A model generated the notes under the pieces. It was not told the origin of the DNA and did not search any database. It saw nothing but the letters and a program-made list of their open reading frames with translations. From Actinomycetospora sp. (GTDB taxonomy: Bacteria > Actinomycetota > Actinomycetes > Mycobacteriales > Pseudonocardiaceae): 64,000 nucleotides of DNA. Both the position numbers and the translations under genes were made by a program. Location: positions 14,235-78,234 of the forward strand of contig NZ_DASXJD010000196.1 of assembly GCF_036497585.1 (NCBI RefSeq), in the 5' to 3' direction. This document shows positions 34,320 through 43,308 of the stretch, piece after piece. Each line of letters starts with the position of its first letter. Position 1 is the first letter of the stretch.

Positions 34320-34709
34320 ATGATCGACGAGATCGCGGTGGAGCGGGTGCTCCTGTTCTGTCCCGAGAACCACTGGCAGCAGGAGGTCGACGTGGACGTC
34401 GTGCGCTACGCCGACCCGGACGGCGGGCTGTGGGAGTACTTCTCGATCGACGGCGAGCCCGTCATCTCGCCCTACACCCCGGACGGACGGCCGCTGTGCC
34501 CGTCCTGTGGGCGGACGACGGCGGCCCGGCTGCTGCGCCGCCGCCTGGTCCCGGTGCCCGACGGCGGCCGGCCGCGCAGTCTGCACGCGGAGCGCCCCGA
34601 GCGGGCCGACGCCTCGGCGCGTCAGGCCCGACGATCAGGCGAAGTCGGGACCGCGCAGCCTGTGCCGGCTCGTCGAGCTCGCGCATCCGCTCCTGAAGCC
34701 TCTTCGTGA
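34320..34709 (+). CDS. hypothetical protein with C...CxxC motif, 3' end uncertain
   Basis: Translation MIDEIAVERVLLFCPENHWQQEVDVDVVRYADPDGGLWEYFSIDGEPVISPYTPDGRPLCPSCGRT... with very high GC3 up to about 34625. After that the frame looks non-coding. Confidence 0.4.
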   Translation: MIDEIAVERVLLFCPENHWQQEVDVDVVRYADPDGGLWEYFSIDGEPVISPYTPDGRPLCPSCGRTTAARLLRRRLVPVPDGGRPRSLHAERPERADASARQARRSGEVGTAQPVPARRARASAPEASS

Positions 34710-34755
34710 TCCGGCAGACCACCAGATCGTTCAGCTGGAACGGAGGTCGAGCTCC

Positions 34756-35167
34756 TCAGCGGAGGTCTCCCGCCACCAGCGCCGCCCCGATGGCGACCAG
34801 CCAGGAGTCCTTGGCCAGTGCGATGCCGTCCTGGGTGGGGAAGGGGGTGCCCGGCCTGCGCATCCCGGGGGTCCGCGCGTACAGGCCGACCAGACCGGCT
34901 CCGAACCCGAGCAGCCCGACGCCTGCCAGGGCTGCCGGGACGACCGGGACGAGCAGCGCGGCTCCGACCAGTATCTCGGCCGCAGCCAGCGCCTTGGTGA
35001 AGGTGACCGGCTGGAGGGCGCCCAGGAACGGATAGGTCCCGGTGGCGAACCCGTGCAGACTTCGCCGTGTCCTCGTCGGGATCCCATTTGTGCAGGCCCG
35101 AGTCCAGGATGTAGGTGCCTGCGGTCAGGCGTAGCGGCAGCTGCCAGGCGAGGTCGCGTCCGTTCAT
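34756..35167 (-). pseudogene. DoxX-family membrane protein, frameshifted
   Basis: Frame 1: MNGRDLAWQLPLRLTAGTYILDSGLHKWDPDEDTAK. The sequence continues only after a shift near 35055-35062: LHGFATGTYPFLGALQPVTFTKALAAAEILVGAALLVPVVPAALAGVGLLGFGAGLVGLYARTPGMRRPGTPFPTQDGIALAKDSWLVAIGAALVAGDLR, then stop at 34756. Confidence 0.6.
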
Positions 35168-35184
35168 GATGGCTCCTTCTCTTC

Positions 35185-35425
35185 GAGAGTTGGGGTTCGG
35201 CGAGGGGGTCGTCCAGCCCAGCGCCCCAACGCCGCGACCGGGGCGGCCCCCGCCGGCCGGGCGGCGACCTCGCCGCCGCGCAGCACGAGCAGCGTGGGCA
35301 CGGCCTGGATGTGGAACCGTCTCGTGCTGCTTCTCGTCCAGTCCGCAGGCCGGCAGTCCGCAGGCCGGCGCGGCCGCCTCGGGTCGAGTGCCCCCGCTGG
35401 AACGCGCCCGGTACGGCGTCGAAGA
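35185..35425 (-). pseudogene. thioredoxin-like remnant spread over several frames
   Basis: RFHIQAVPTLLVLRGGEVAARPAG is thioredoxin-like (...IPTLLLF.GGEVV...). AAPVAALGRW and LDDPLAEPQL lie in other frames. 15-bp tandem duplication GTCCGCAGGCCGGC(A/G) at 35341-35370. Confidence 0.3.
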
Positions 35426-35690
35426 TCAAGCCGTACGACGCGCGCCCAGCAGTGCGCCGATCAACGGGTCCACCCAGGCCAGGAGGCCGAAGATCCAGCC
35501 GACCAGGGCACCGAGCAGGGCCCGGCCATGCGACGGAGGCGAAGGTCAGCCGTCCGGTGATCGGCTCGACCGAGAGACGGGTCGCGGCCGACGATCGCGA
35601 CCCGCTCCACGGGCAATCCGTGCGAGGCGGGCCGCTCGACGGCCTGCTCGGCCTCCGCGTCGTGGTCGATCAGACATGGAGGTGATCTAC
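35426..35690 (-). pseudogene. YflT/general-stress-protein-like gene with glycine-zipper helix, multiply frameshifted
   Basis: DHDAEAEQAVERPASHGLPVERVAIVGRD, then LSVEPITGRLTFASVAW, then RALLGALVGWIFGLLAWVDPLIGALLGARRTA-stop. These three pieces read in three different frames. Confidence 0.4.
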
Positions 35691-35747
35691 GATCTCGACG
35701 GTCGGGTCGCGACGGTTCGGCCCCCGGTTCCGGCTGCGGCCTGGCGA

Positions 35748-36206
35748 CTACCGAGAGGATGAGGCGGCACTGGCCGACGTGTCCTCGCGTTCGGTCGAGT
35801 CCCCGTCGCGCTCGGACGCGGCGAGCGCGATACGTCGGGGCTTGCTGGCTTCGTCGACCGGGATGCGCAGGGTGAGCACGCCGTCGGAGAGGTCCGCGGT
35901 GAGGCCTCCCGGATCGAGGTTGTCGCCGAGGAACAGCTGCCGGGTGAACTCGCCGTAGGTCCGCTCGTCGGCGATCACCTCGTCCCCTTCCTCGCGTTGC
36001 GGCATGCGCCGGGCCCGGATGGTGACCACGTTCTTCTCGACGGTGACGTCGACGTCGTCGGGATTCACGCCGGGCAGATCCAGGTACGCGGCGAACTCGT
36101 CGCCGCGGCGCAGGGCCTCCATCGGCATCGTGCGGGCGGCCGGGGAAATGGTTCGTTCGGCGAGGCGGTCGAGCTCGCGGAACGGGTCGAATCGCATGAG
36201 CGTCAC
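35748..36206 (-). CDS. Hsp20/alpha-crystallin family small heat-shock protein (copy 2, inverted paralogue)
   Basis: GTG 36206. Translation (M)TLMRFDPFRELDRL...AAYLDLPGV...GEFTRQLFLGDNLD...DGVLTLRIPV. Roughly 75% nucleotide identity to copy 1 by eye. Confidence 0.9.
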   Translation of the reverse strand: MTLMRFDPFRELDRLAERTISPAARTMPMEALRRGDEFAAYLDLPGVNPDDVDVTVEKNVVTIRARRMPQREEGDEVIADERTYGEFTRQLFLGDNLDPGGLTADLSDGVLTLRIPVDEASKPRRIALAASERDGDSTEREDTSASAASSSR

Positions 36207-36239
36207 GGGGACTCCAAGTGGGTCGCGGGGTGGCGATGC

Positions 36240-36258
36240 CGGGGTCGGCCCGACCCCG
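36240..36258 (-). promoter_or_regulatory. perfect 9-1-9 palindrome in the leader of Hsp20 copy 2
   Basis: CGGGGTCGG C CCGACCCCG, 34-52 nt upstream of GTG 36206. Confidence 0.4.
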
Positions 36259-36613
36259 TTCGGTGCTCATGACGGTGGCAAGGGCGCCGCGGCTCCGATT
36301 CGGTCCCGGAGAGGCAATCTCGGTACGGGACCTCGGCCCGGCAGGCCGACCGGGCGCGCGTCGCCGGATCCGGACCGCACGGCCGTCGCGTTCGGCCTGG
36401 CGAGGTGGGTCGGAGGCCGCGGGTTCGCTCCGGGCGGCCGAAGCCGCACCGACGTGTCACTGCCATGGTGACCGCAGCCCGACAGGCGAGCGGCGGGTGA
36501 ACGGGGAGAGCGGCGGACCGGGCCCCGGCTGAGACGACACTCGCCCAACCGCTCTGCATCCGAGCTGCGGCTCCCGGGCTCCGGGCCGGTGGCGAACGGT
36601 CGGCGCGACGGAC

Positions 36614-36960
36614 CTACTCCGACCCCTGCTGGCCGGGACACCGCTCGAGGTGGCGGGCGAGGGCACGGATCATGCCCTCCTCGCTCAGACCGACGACGGT
36701 GGCGTCCGCACACCACGGGCAGGTTCGCGTGAGGTGGGGAGTGGAGCTGCTCACCCGACAGAGTGTAGGTGGCGTGGTCGACCGGTTCAGCGGCGGCTAC
36801 GACAGCGTCAACGCCGCGGCTCCGCGACCTGGCGACCTCGTCCCGGTCTGCCCGGGCGGGATGTGTTCCCGAGCGGCTCGTCGTGCCGGAGAAGTGACCT
36901 GTGAGCCAGGGCAACGAGTCGTCGAGGCCGAGGTCGGTCTCGACGCACGTCGTGCGATGA
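36614..36960 (-). pseudogene. degraded ORF abutting the tRNA 3' end (family not assignable; weak USP- or LMW-phosphatase-like motifs)
   Basis: High-GC3 frame CVETDLGLDDSLPWLTGHFSGTTSRSGTHPARADRDEVARSRSRGVDAVVAAAEPVDHATYTLSGEQLHSPPHANLPVV. It continues plausibly only in another frame (TCPWCADATVVGLSEEGMIRALARHLERCPGQQGSE-stop). No start codon before the tRNA. Confidence 0.25.
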
Positions 36961-36966
36961 TGCTGT

Positions 36967-37050
36967 GTGTCCGAGGGGGGACTTGAACCCCCACCCCCTA
37001 CTCGGGGACTAGCACCTCAAGCTAGCGCGTCTGCCATTCCGCCACTCGGA
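36967..37050 (-). tRNA. tRNA-Leu (anticodon GAG)
   Basis: Reverse complement is GTCCGAGTGGCGGAATGGCAGACGCGCTAGCTTGAGGTGCTAGTCCCCGAGTAGGGGGTGGGGGTTCAAGTCCCCCCTCGGACA. 7-bp acceptor stem, anticodon stem CTAGC/GCTAG with loop TTGAGGT, long variable arm, T-arm GGGGG-TTCAAGT-CCCCC. No encoded CCA. Confidence 0.92.
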
Positions 37051-37106
37051 CCTGCAGGAACACAGCTTACGCGACGCCACTGCCCGCGATCACCGGGGGT
37101 GGCAGG

Positions 37107-38432
37107 ATGCCGCGCATGGGTGCCGCCGAGGACGATGTCGTGCAGCTCACCAGCGAGCTGATCCAGATCGACAGCAGCAACACCGGCGAGCTCGAGACCA
37201 CCACGGGGGAGGCCGAGGCCGCCGCCTACGTCGACGCGAAGCTCCGCGAGGTCGGCTACGAGACCGAGGTCGTCGAGTCCGGGGCGCCGGGCCGGCACAA
37301 CGTCTTCGCGCGACTGTCCGGCGCCGATCCGTCACGTCCCCCGTTGCTGGTGCACGGCCACCTCGACGTCGTGCCGTTCACCGCCGAGGACTGGTCGGTG
37401 CACCCGCTCTCCGGCGCGGTGCAGGACGGCTACGTGTGGGGCCGCGGCGCGGTCGACATGAAGGACATGGACGCGATGATCCTGGCGCTCGCGCGCCAGT
37501 TCCGGCGGGAGGGCGACGTGCCGCCCCGCGACCTCGTGTTCGCCTTCCTCGCCGACGAGGAGGCCGGCGGCGCCTACGGCTCGCACTGGCTCGCCGAGCA
37601 CCGTCCGGACCTGTTCGAGGGCTGCACCGAGGCGCTGGGCGAGGTCGGCGGGTTCTCGGTGACCCTCGGCGAGGACGTCCGCGTCTACCCGGTGATGACC
37701 GCCGAGAAGTCGATCGCGTGGATGAAGCTGCGGGTGCGCTCGCGGCCAGGGCACGGCTCGATGGTCCACGACGAGAACGCGGTGACGATCCTCGCCGAGG
37801 CCGTCGCCCGGCTGGGCCGCCACCGCTTCCCGCTGGTGCTCACCGAGTCGGTGCAGGGGTTCTTCGCCGAGATCACGGCGCTGACCGGCATCGAGTTCCC
37901 GACCGACTCGGCCGCGGCGCTCGACGGCGCCGTCGCCAAGCTCGGTGGGGTGGCCCGCGTGGTCGGGGCCACCACGCGCGACACCGCCAACCCGACGATG
38001 CTCTCCGCGGGGTACAAGGCCAACGTCATCCCGGCCGTCGCCGAGGCCACCGTCGACTGCCGGGTGCTTCCGGGGCGGCAGGAGGCCTTCGAGCGCGAGC
38101 TCGACGAGATCCTGGGACCCGACGTCGAGCGGGAGTGGATCCGCAACCTGCCCGCGGTCGAGACGGAGTTCTCCGGCGACCTCGTCGACACCATGACCGC
38201 CGCCGTGCAGGCCGAGGACCCGGGCTGCCACACGCTGCCCTACATGATGTCCGGCGGCACCGATGCCAAGGCGTTCGAGAAGCTCGGGATGCGCTGCTTC
38301 GGGTTCGCGCCGCTGCGCCTGCCCCCGGACCTCGACTTCACCGCCCTCTTCCACGGCACCGACGAGCGGGTGCCGGTCGACGCGCTGCACTTCGGCACCC
38401 GCGTGCTCGAGAGGATCCTCCGGACGTGCTGA
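37107..38432 (+). CDS. M20/M25/M40 family metallo-hydrolase (dipeptidase-like)
   Basis: LLVHGHLDVVP, GRGAVDMKD, and EEAGG in FLADEEAGGAYGS. 441 aa. Confidence 0.9.
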   Translation: MPRMGAAEDDVVQLTSELIQIDSSNTGELETTTGEAEAAAYVDAKLREVGYETEVVESGAPGRHNVFARLSGADPSRPPLLVHGHLDVVPFTAEDWSVHPLSGAVQDGYVWGRGAVDMKDMDAMILALARQFRREGDVPPRDLVFAFLADEEAGGAYGSHWLAEHRPDLFEGCTEALGEVGGFSVTLGEDVRVYPVMTAEKSIAWMKLRVRSRPGHGSMVHDENAVTILAEAVARLGRHRFPLVLTESVQGFFAEITALTGIEFPTDSAAALDGAVAKLGGVARVVGATTRDTANPTMLSAGYKANVIPAVAEATVDCRVLPGRQEAFERELDEILGPDVEREWIRNLPAVETEFSGDLVDTMTAAVQAEDPGCHTLPYMMSGGTDAKAFEKLGMRCFGFAPLRLPPDLDFTALFHGTDERVPVDALHFGTRVLERILRTC

Positions 38433-39196
38433 TCACCGACCAGACCGTCGCCCTGGTGACCGGCGGCGCCTCCGGCATCGGCGAGGCCGTCGCCCGCCGG
38501 CTGGCCGGGGCGGGCGCGAAGGTCGCGATCGTGGACCGCGACGTTGTGGCCGCCGCCGCTGTCGCCGACGAGATCGCGGGACTCGCGGTCTCCTGCGACG
38601 TCACCTCCCCGACCGCGATGGCCGCCGCGGTCGCCGAGGCCGAGACCTGGGGCGGGCGCCTCGACCTCGTGCACCTCAACGCCGGGTCGGTCGGCGGGCA
38701 GTCCGGGATCACCGACCTCGACGTCGAGGCCTACCGCCGCGTCCTCGGCGTCAACGTCGACCACGTCGTGTTCGGGCTGACCGCGGCCGTGCCCGCGTTG
38801 CGGCGTGCGGGCGGCGGGACGGTCATCGCGACGTCGTCGCTGGCCGGCCTGGTGCCGCTGCCCGGCGACGCGATCTACACGCTCACCAAGCACGCCGTCG
38901 TCGGCTACGTGCGCTCGGCCGCGGCCACGCTCGCGACCGAGGACATCCGGGTGATGGCCCTGTGCCCGGGGTACGCGGACACCGCGCTGATCGCCCACCT
39001 GCGTGACCAGTTCGCCGGGTTCCCGCTGCTGACCGCCGACGACGTCGCCGACGGGACGGAGCGCATGCTCGCCGACGGCGCGCCGGGGGAGTGCTGGTAC
39101 GTCCAGCCCGGCCGCGACCCGGGGCCCTACGGGTTCCGCGGGGTCCCCGGCCCGAAGGGCGGCGAGGCCCCGCCCCGGTTGGCCTGGGAGGGCTGA
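38426..39196 (+). CDS. SDR family oxidoreductase
   Basis: GTG 38426 overlaps the M20 stop. TGGASGIG, NAG, and YxxxK (YTLTKHAVVGY). Confidence 0.85.
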   Translation: MLITDQTVALVTGGASGIGEAVARRLAGAGAKVAIVDRDVVAAAAVADEIAGLAVSCDVTSPTAMAAAVAEAETWGGRLDLVHLNAGSVGGQSGITDLDVEAYRRVLGVNVDHVVFGLTAAVPALRRAGGGTVIATSSLAGLVPLPGDAIYTLTKHAVVGYVRSAAATLATEDIRVMALCPGYADTALIAHLRDQFAGFPLLTADDVADGTERMLADGAPGECWYVQPGRDPGPYGFRGVPGPKGGEAPPRLAWEG

Positions 39197-39198
39197 CC

Positions 39199-40158
39199 GT
39201 GCGCGGCTGGACGGTGCCGCGGTTCGGGGAGCCGCGGGACGTGCTGGAGCTGACCGACCTGCCGGCTCCGGCGGCTGGAGACGGGCAGCGGGTGGTCCGG
39301 GTCGAGGCGGCGTCGGTGAACTTCGCCGACATCCTCTACTGCCGCGGCACGTACCAGGAGCGCCCGCCACTGCCGTTCACCCCGGGCCTGGAGGTGGCCG
39401 GGACCGACGTCGCGACCGGAGAACGGGTCTTCGGTCCGGCCGTGCTGCCCCACGGCGGATACGCCGAGCAGGCGGTCGTCGGGACCTCGTACCCGTGGCC
39501 CGAGGGCATGACGGCGGCCCAGGCGTCCGGGTTCTTCGTCGCCTACCAGACCGGCTGGTGCGCGCTGCACCACCGGACGTCGCTGCGCGCCGGGGAGACG
39601 TTGCTCGTGCACGCCGCCGCCGGCGGGGTCGGGGCGGCCGCGGTGCAGCTCGGGGTCGCGGCGGGGGCGCGGGTGATCGCGACGGTGGGGTCCGCGGACA
39701 AGGCCGAGGTGGCACGGCGGCTCGGCGCGGACGAGGTGATCGTGCTGGACGGCCCGGTCGCCGAGACGTTGATCCCCGCGGTCAAGGAGCTCACGGACGG
39801 GCGCGGGGCCGACGTCGTCTACGACCCGGTCGGCGGCGACACCTTCGACGCCTCCCGGCGGGTGACGGCCTGGGAGGGCCGGATCCTCGTCATCGGCTTC
39901 GCCGGGGGCCGGATCGCCGACGCGCCCACCAACCACGCGCTGGTGAAGAACTACGACGTCGTCGGGGTGCACTGGGCGGCGTACCGGACGCGGGCGCCGG
40001 AGCTGGTCGAGGCATGGCAGCGGGAGCTCGAGGCGCTGTGGGCGCGGCGGCTCATCGACCCGCTCGTGGGGGCGGAGTACGCGCTGGCCGATCTCCCGGA
40101 CGCCCTCGACGCGATCGCGGCCCGCACGACGACGGGGCGCGTGGTCGTCACGCCGTGA
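39199..40158 (+). CDS. NADPH:quinone oxidoreductase / zinc-type alcohol dehydrogenase family protein
   Basis: GTG 39199. Translation VNFADILYCRGTYQ, LVHAAAGGVGAAAVQLG. Confidence 0.85.
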   Translation: MRGWTVPRFGEPRDVLELTDLPAPAAGDGQRVVRVEAASVNFADILYCRGTYQERPPLPFTPGLEVAGTDVATGERVFGPAVLPHGGYAEQAVVGTSYPWPEGMTAAQASGFFVAYQTGWCALHHRTSLRAGETLLVHAAAGGVGAAAVQLGVAAGARVIATVGSADKAEVARRLGADEVIVLDGPVAETLIPAVKELTDGRGADVVYDPVGGDTFDASRRVTAWEGRILVIGFAGGRIADAPTNHALVKNYDVVGVHWAAYRTRAPELVEAWQRELEALWARRLIDPLVGAEYALADLPDALDAIAARTTTGRVVVTP

Positions 40159-40212
40159 GCCGGGCGCCGCGGGCCGGCGACAAGGGCGCCGAGCACCCGC
40201 CGGGGACGCCCC

Positions 40213-40464
40213 TCAGACGCCGACGGCGCCCAGCGAGGCCCGCGACAGCTTGCGCCGCAGCCACACCTTCCGGGTGCCGTCCGCGTAGAGCAGGGTCCGG
40301 GCGAGCTCCCACCCGCCGAACTGGGAGCGCAGCCCGAGCTCCGCGCTCGCCGAGAGGCGGGACACGTCGGGCGGGAGGCGCACCGGCTGGTACTCCCAGT
40401 CGCCCTCGACCACGCCGGGCTCGAGGGCGACATCGGGATGATCGGGCAGCGTCGCGTCGCTCAC
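40213..40464 (-). CDS. DUF5703-like small protein (83 aa)
   Basis: GGAGG SD 7 nt before GTG 40464. Translation VSDATLPDHPDVALEPGVVEGDWEYQPVRLPPDVSRLSASAELGLRSQFGGWELARTLLYADGTRKVWLRRK. Confidence 0.6.
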   Translation of the reverse strand: MSDATLPDHPDVALEPGVVEGDWEYQPVRLPPDVSRLSASAELGLRSQFGGWELARTLLYADGTRKVWLRRKLSRASLGAVGV

Positions 40465-40535
40465 CGGCAACCTCCTGGTCGCAGTCCGGCAACCACCGTA
40501 CGTCCTCGGGACCGGCGACGGCAGGCTCCGGCAGG

Positions 40536-41543
40536 TCACGTCCAGGGCGCCGGCTCGTGGTCGACCAGGACGCCGTCGGGTCCCACCGCGCCCGCGCCCA
40601 CCGGGACGAGGGGGGAGGACGAGACGTCGTCGAGGGCTCCTCGGATCGCCGGCGGCAGCGTCAGCTCCTCCGCGGCGAGCGAGCCGAGCAGCTGGGCCCC
40701 GTCGCGGGCGCCGACCACCGGGGCCACCACGCCCGGGCGGTCCCGTACCCAGGCCAGCGCGACCGCGAGCGGGGAGGTGCCGAGCCCGTGCGCGGCCGTC
40801 ACCACCGCCTGGACGATCCGGGCCGCCCGATCCGTGCGGTGGTGCCCGACGTAGGGCCCCAGGTGCGCCGAGGCGCCGCGCGAGTCGTGCGGGGTGCCGT
40901 CGCGGTACTTGCCGGTCAGCACGCCGCGCCCCAGCGGACCCCAGGGCAGCAGCCCCATGCCGTGGTACGAGGCGGCCGGGAGCACCTCGTCCTCGACGCC
41001 GCGCTCGAGCAGGGAGTACTCGGACTGCACGCTGACCAGGGGCAGCCCCGCCGACCGGGCCGCCGCGGCCACCTGCCAGCCGGCGTAGTTCGCGACCCCG
41101 GCGTAGCGGACACGCCCGGAGGAGACCGCGAGGTCCACCGCGGAGAGGGTCTCGTCGAGCGGGACCTCCGGGTCCCACGAGTGCAGCTGCCAGAGGTCGA
41201 CGTAGTCGGTGCCCATCCGCTCCAGCGACGCGTCGAGCGAGGCGAGCAGCGACGAGCGCGACGCCCCGCCGCCGAACGGTCCGTCCTCGCGGCGCGCCCC
41301 GGCCTTGGTCGCGAGCACGACCTCGGTGCGCGGGATCACGTCGGCGAACAGCCCACCGAGGATCGCCTCGGCCTCCCCGTCCGCGTACACGTCTGCGGTG
41401 TCGACCAGGGTGCCACCGGCGTCGAGGAAGGCCAGCAGCGACGCCCCCGCCTCGTCGGCGTCGGTGTCGCGACCCCAGGTCATCGTGCCGAGCGCGAGCC
41501 GCGAGACGCGCAGCCCGCTGGCACCGAGGCGTCGCTGTTCCAC
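40536..41543 (-). CDS. aldo/keto reductase
   Basis: Translation MEQRRLGASGLRVSRLALGTMTWG, VDTADVYADGEAE, DLWQLHSWD, LLPWGPLGRGVLTGKY. Confidence 0.9.
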   Translation of the reverse strand: MEQRRLGASGLRVSRLALGTMTWGRDTDADEAGASLLAFLDAGGTLVDTADVYADGEAEAILGGLFADVIPRTEVVLATKAGARREDGPFGGGASRSSLLASLDASLERMGTDYVDLWQLHSWDPEVPLDETLSAVDLAVSSGRVRYAGVANYAGWQVAAAARSAGLPLVSVQSEYSLLERGVEDEVLPAASYHGMGLLPWGPLGRGVLTGKYRDGTPHDSRGASAHLGPYVGHHRTDRAARIVQAVVTAAHGLGTSPLAVALAWVRDRPGVVAPVVGARDGAQLLGSLAAEELTLPPAIRGALDDVSSSPLVPVGAGAVGPDGVLVDHEPAPWT

Positions 41544-41645
41544 GGCCCCGCAGGATAGGGGTCATCACCCCGCCGGCCGTGGACGCCGGGCCGCGACCCC
41601 CGACGCGACCGCGGCGTACCGGTCATCCGTTACGGTTCCGGACCC

Positions 41646-42482
41646 GTGCAGATGAGCTGGCTCGAAGCCCTGGTCCTCGGACTCGTCCAGGGGTTGACCG
41701 AGTTCCTGCCCATCTCCTCCTCGGCGCACCTGCGGATCGTCGCGGGGGTGTTCTTCGGCAACGACGCCGGCGCCGCGTTCACCGCGGTCACCCAGCTGGG
41801 GACCGAGGCCGCCGTCCTCATCTACTTCTGGCCCGACATCTGGCGGCTCCTGACGGCATGGCTGGCAGGGCTGCGAGGGCGATCCGCGCGCGGCCTCGAC
41901 TACCGGCTGGCCTGGTACGTGATCATCGGCACCCTGCCGATCAGCATCCTCGGGGTGCTGTTCAAGGACGCCATCGAGGGCCCGGCGCGCAACCTGTGGC
42001 TCATCGGCGCCTCGCTGGTGCTCTTCGGAGTGGTCCTCGGCGCCGCCGAGAAGTACGGCCGCCAGCGCCGTCCGGTCGAGGACCTGACCCTGCGCGACGG
42101 CGTCCTCATGGGCTGCGCGCAGGCGCTCGCGCTGCTGCCCGGGGTGTCCCGCTCGGGCGGCACCGTCTCGGCCGGGCTCTTCCTCGGGCTGCAGCGCCCG
42201 GCGGCGGTCCGCTTCAGCTTCCTGCTCGCGATCCCGGCGGTGACCGCGGCGGGCCTGTTCTCGCTGCCCGACATCGAGAACACGTCGGGCCCGGGCGCGC
42301 AGCCCTCGGCGGCGCAGATGGTGGTGGCGACCCTCGTCGCGTTCGTGGTCGGGTACGCCTCGATCGCCTGGCTGCTGCGCTACGTCGAGCAGCACACGGT
42401 CTACGTGTTCGTCTGGTACCGGGTGATCCTCGGCCTGTTGGTCCTGCTCGCGGTGTCCGGCGGGATGATCTCCGCGACCTGA
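41646..42482 (+). CDS. uppP: undecaprenyl-diphosphate phosphatase
   Basis: Translation [26 protein letters not shown]. 8 helices. Start is GTG 41646 or ATG 41652. Confidence 0.92.
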   Translation: MQMSWLEALVLGLVQGLTEFLPISSSAHLRIVAGVFFGNDAGAAFTAVTQLGTEAAVLIYFWPDIWRLLTAWLAGLRGRSARGLDYRLAWYVIIGTLPISILGVLFKDAIEGPARNLWLIGASLVLFGVVLGAAEKYGRQRRPVEDLTLRDGVLMGCAQALALLPGVSRSGGTVSAGLFLGLQRPAAVRFSFLLAIPAVTAAGLFSLPDIENTSGPGAQPSAAQMVVATLVAFVVGYASIAWLLRYVEQHTVYVFVWYRVILGLLVLLAVSGGMISAT

Positions 42483-42497
42483 GCGATCCGGTTAGGG

Positions 42498-43238
42498 TTG
42501 GCGGACGTGACGACGGTGATCCTCCTGCGGCACGGCCGCTCGACCGCGAACGTGTCGGGCGTCCTGGCCGGCCGCTCCACCGGGGTCGGTCTCGACGACC
42601 ACGGCCGCACCCAGGCGAAGGGACTGGTCGACCGGCTCGCCGTCCTGCCGCTCGCCGCGGTGGTCCGCTCGCCGCTGCAGCGCTGCGAGGAGACGGTCGC
42701 CCCGCTGCTCGAGGCGCGGGGCCTCGAGGCCGCTGTGGAGGACGACCTCTCCGAGGTCGACTACGGCGACTGGACCGGGAAGACGCTCGGGGAGCTGGGC
42801 AAGGAGGACCTCTGGAAGGTCGTGCAGGCCCACCCGTCGGCCGCCGTCTTCCCCGGCGGCGAGGGCCTCGCGGGCATGCAGCACCGCAGCGTCGCCGCGG
42901 TGCGCCGCCACGCCGCCCGCATCGCCGAGGAGCACGGCCCGAAGGCGCTGTGGGTGGTGTGCAGCCACGGTGACGTGATCAAGTCGGTGATCGCCGACGC
43001 GCTCGGGCTGCACCTCGACTCGTTCCAGCGCATCTCGGTCGACCCCTGCTCGATCAGTGTGATCAGCTACACCCCGACCCGCCCGTTCGTCGTGCGCGTC
43101 AACGACACCGGCGGGGACCTGTCCTCGCTGGTCCCGAAGCCCGACGAGGAGAAGCCCGAGGGCGAGGGGGAGGACGCCACCGACGTCGCGGGCGACGGCT
43201 CCGAGGCGGTGGTCGGCGGGTCCACCGGCGTAAACTGA
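42498..43238 (+). CDS. histidine-phosphatase superfamily protein (MSMEG_4193-type putative phosphomutase)
   Basis: RHG motif (VILLRHGRSTAN), SHGDVIK. TTG start at 42498 or GTG 42507. Confidence 0.85.
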   Translation: MADVTTVILLRHGRSTANVSGVLAGRSTGVGLDDHGRTQAKGLVDRLAVLPLAAVVRSPLQRCEETVAPLLEARGLEAAVEDDLSEVDYGDWTGKTLGELGKEDLWKVVQAHPSAAVFPGGEGLAGMQHRSVAAVRRHAARIAEEHGPKALWVVCSHGDVIKSVIADALGLHLDSFQRISVDPCSISVISYTPTRPFVVRVNDTGGDLSSLVPKPDEEKPEGEGEDATDVAGDGSEAVVGGSTGVN

Positions 43239-43308
43239 CCCCGACCCGAAGTCCCGCCGGGAACCCGCGCGCAGCCCGGCCCGAACGGCACGACATGATC
43301 GAGGGGCC

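Noticed and set aside
36207-36613. About 400 bp without a convincing ORF between Hsp20 copy 2 and the degraded ORF near the tRNA
   Set aside because: All six frames give Arg/Pro/Gly-rich nonsense. It is treated as a promoter/leader plus fully eroded sequence. I recognised no ncRNA motif.
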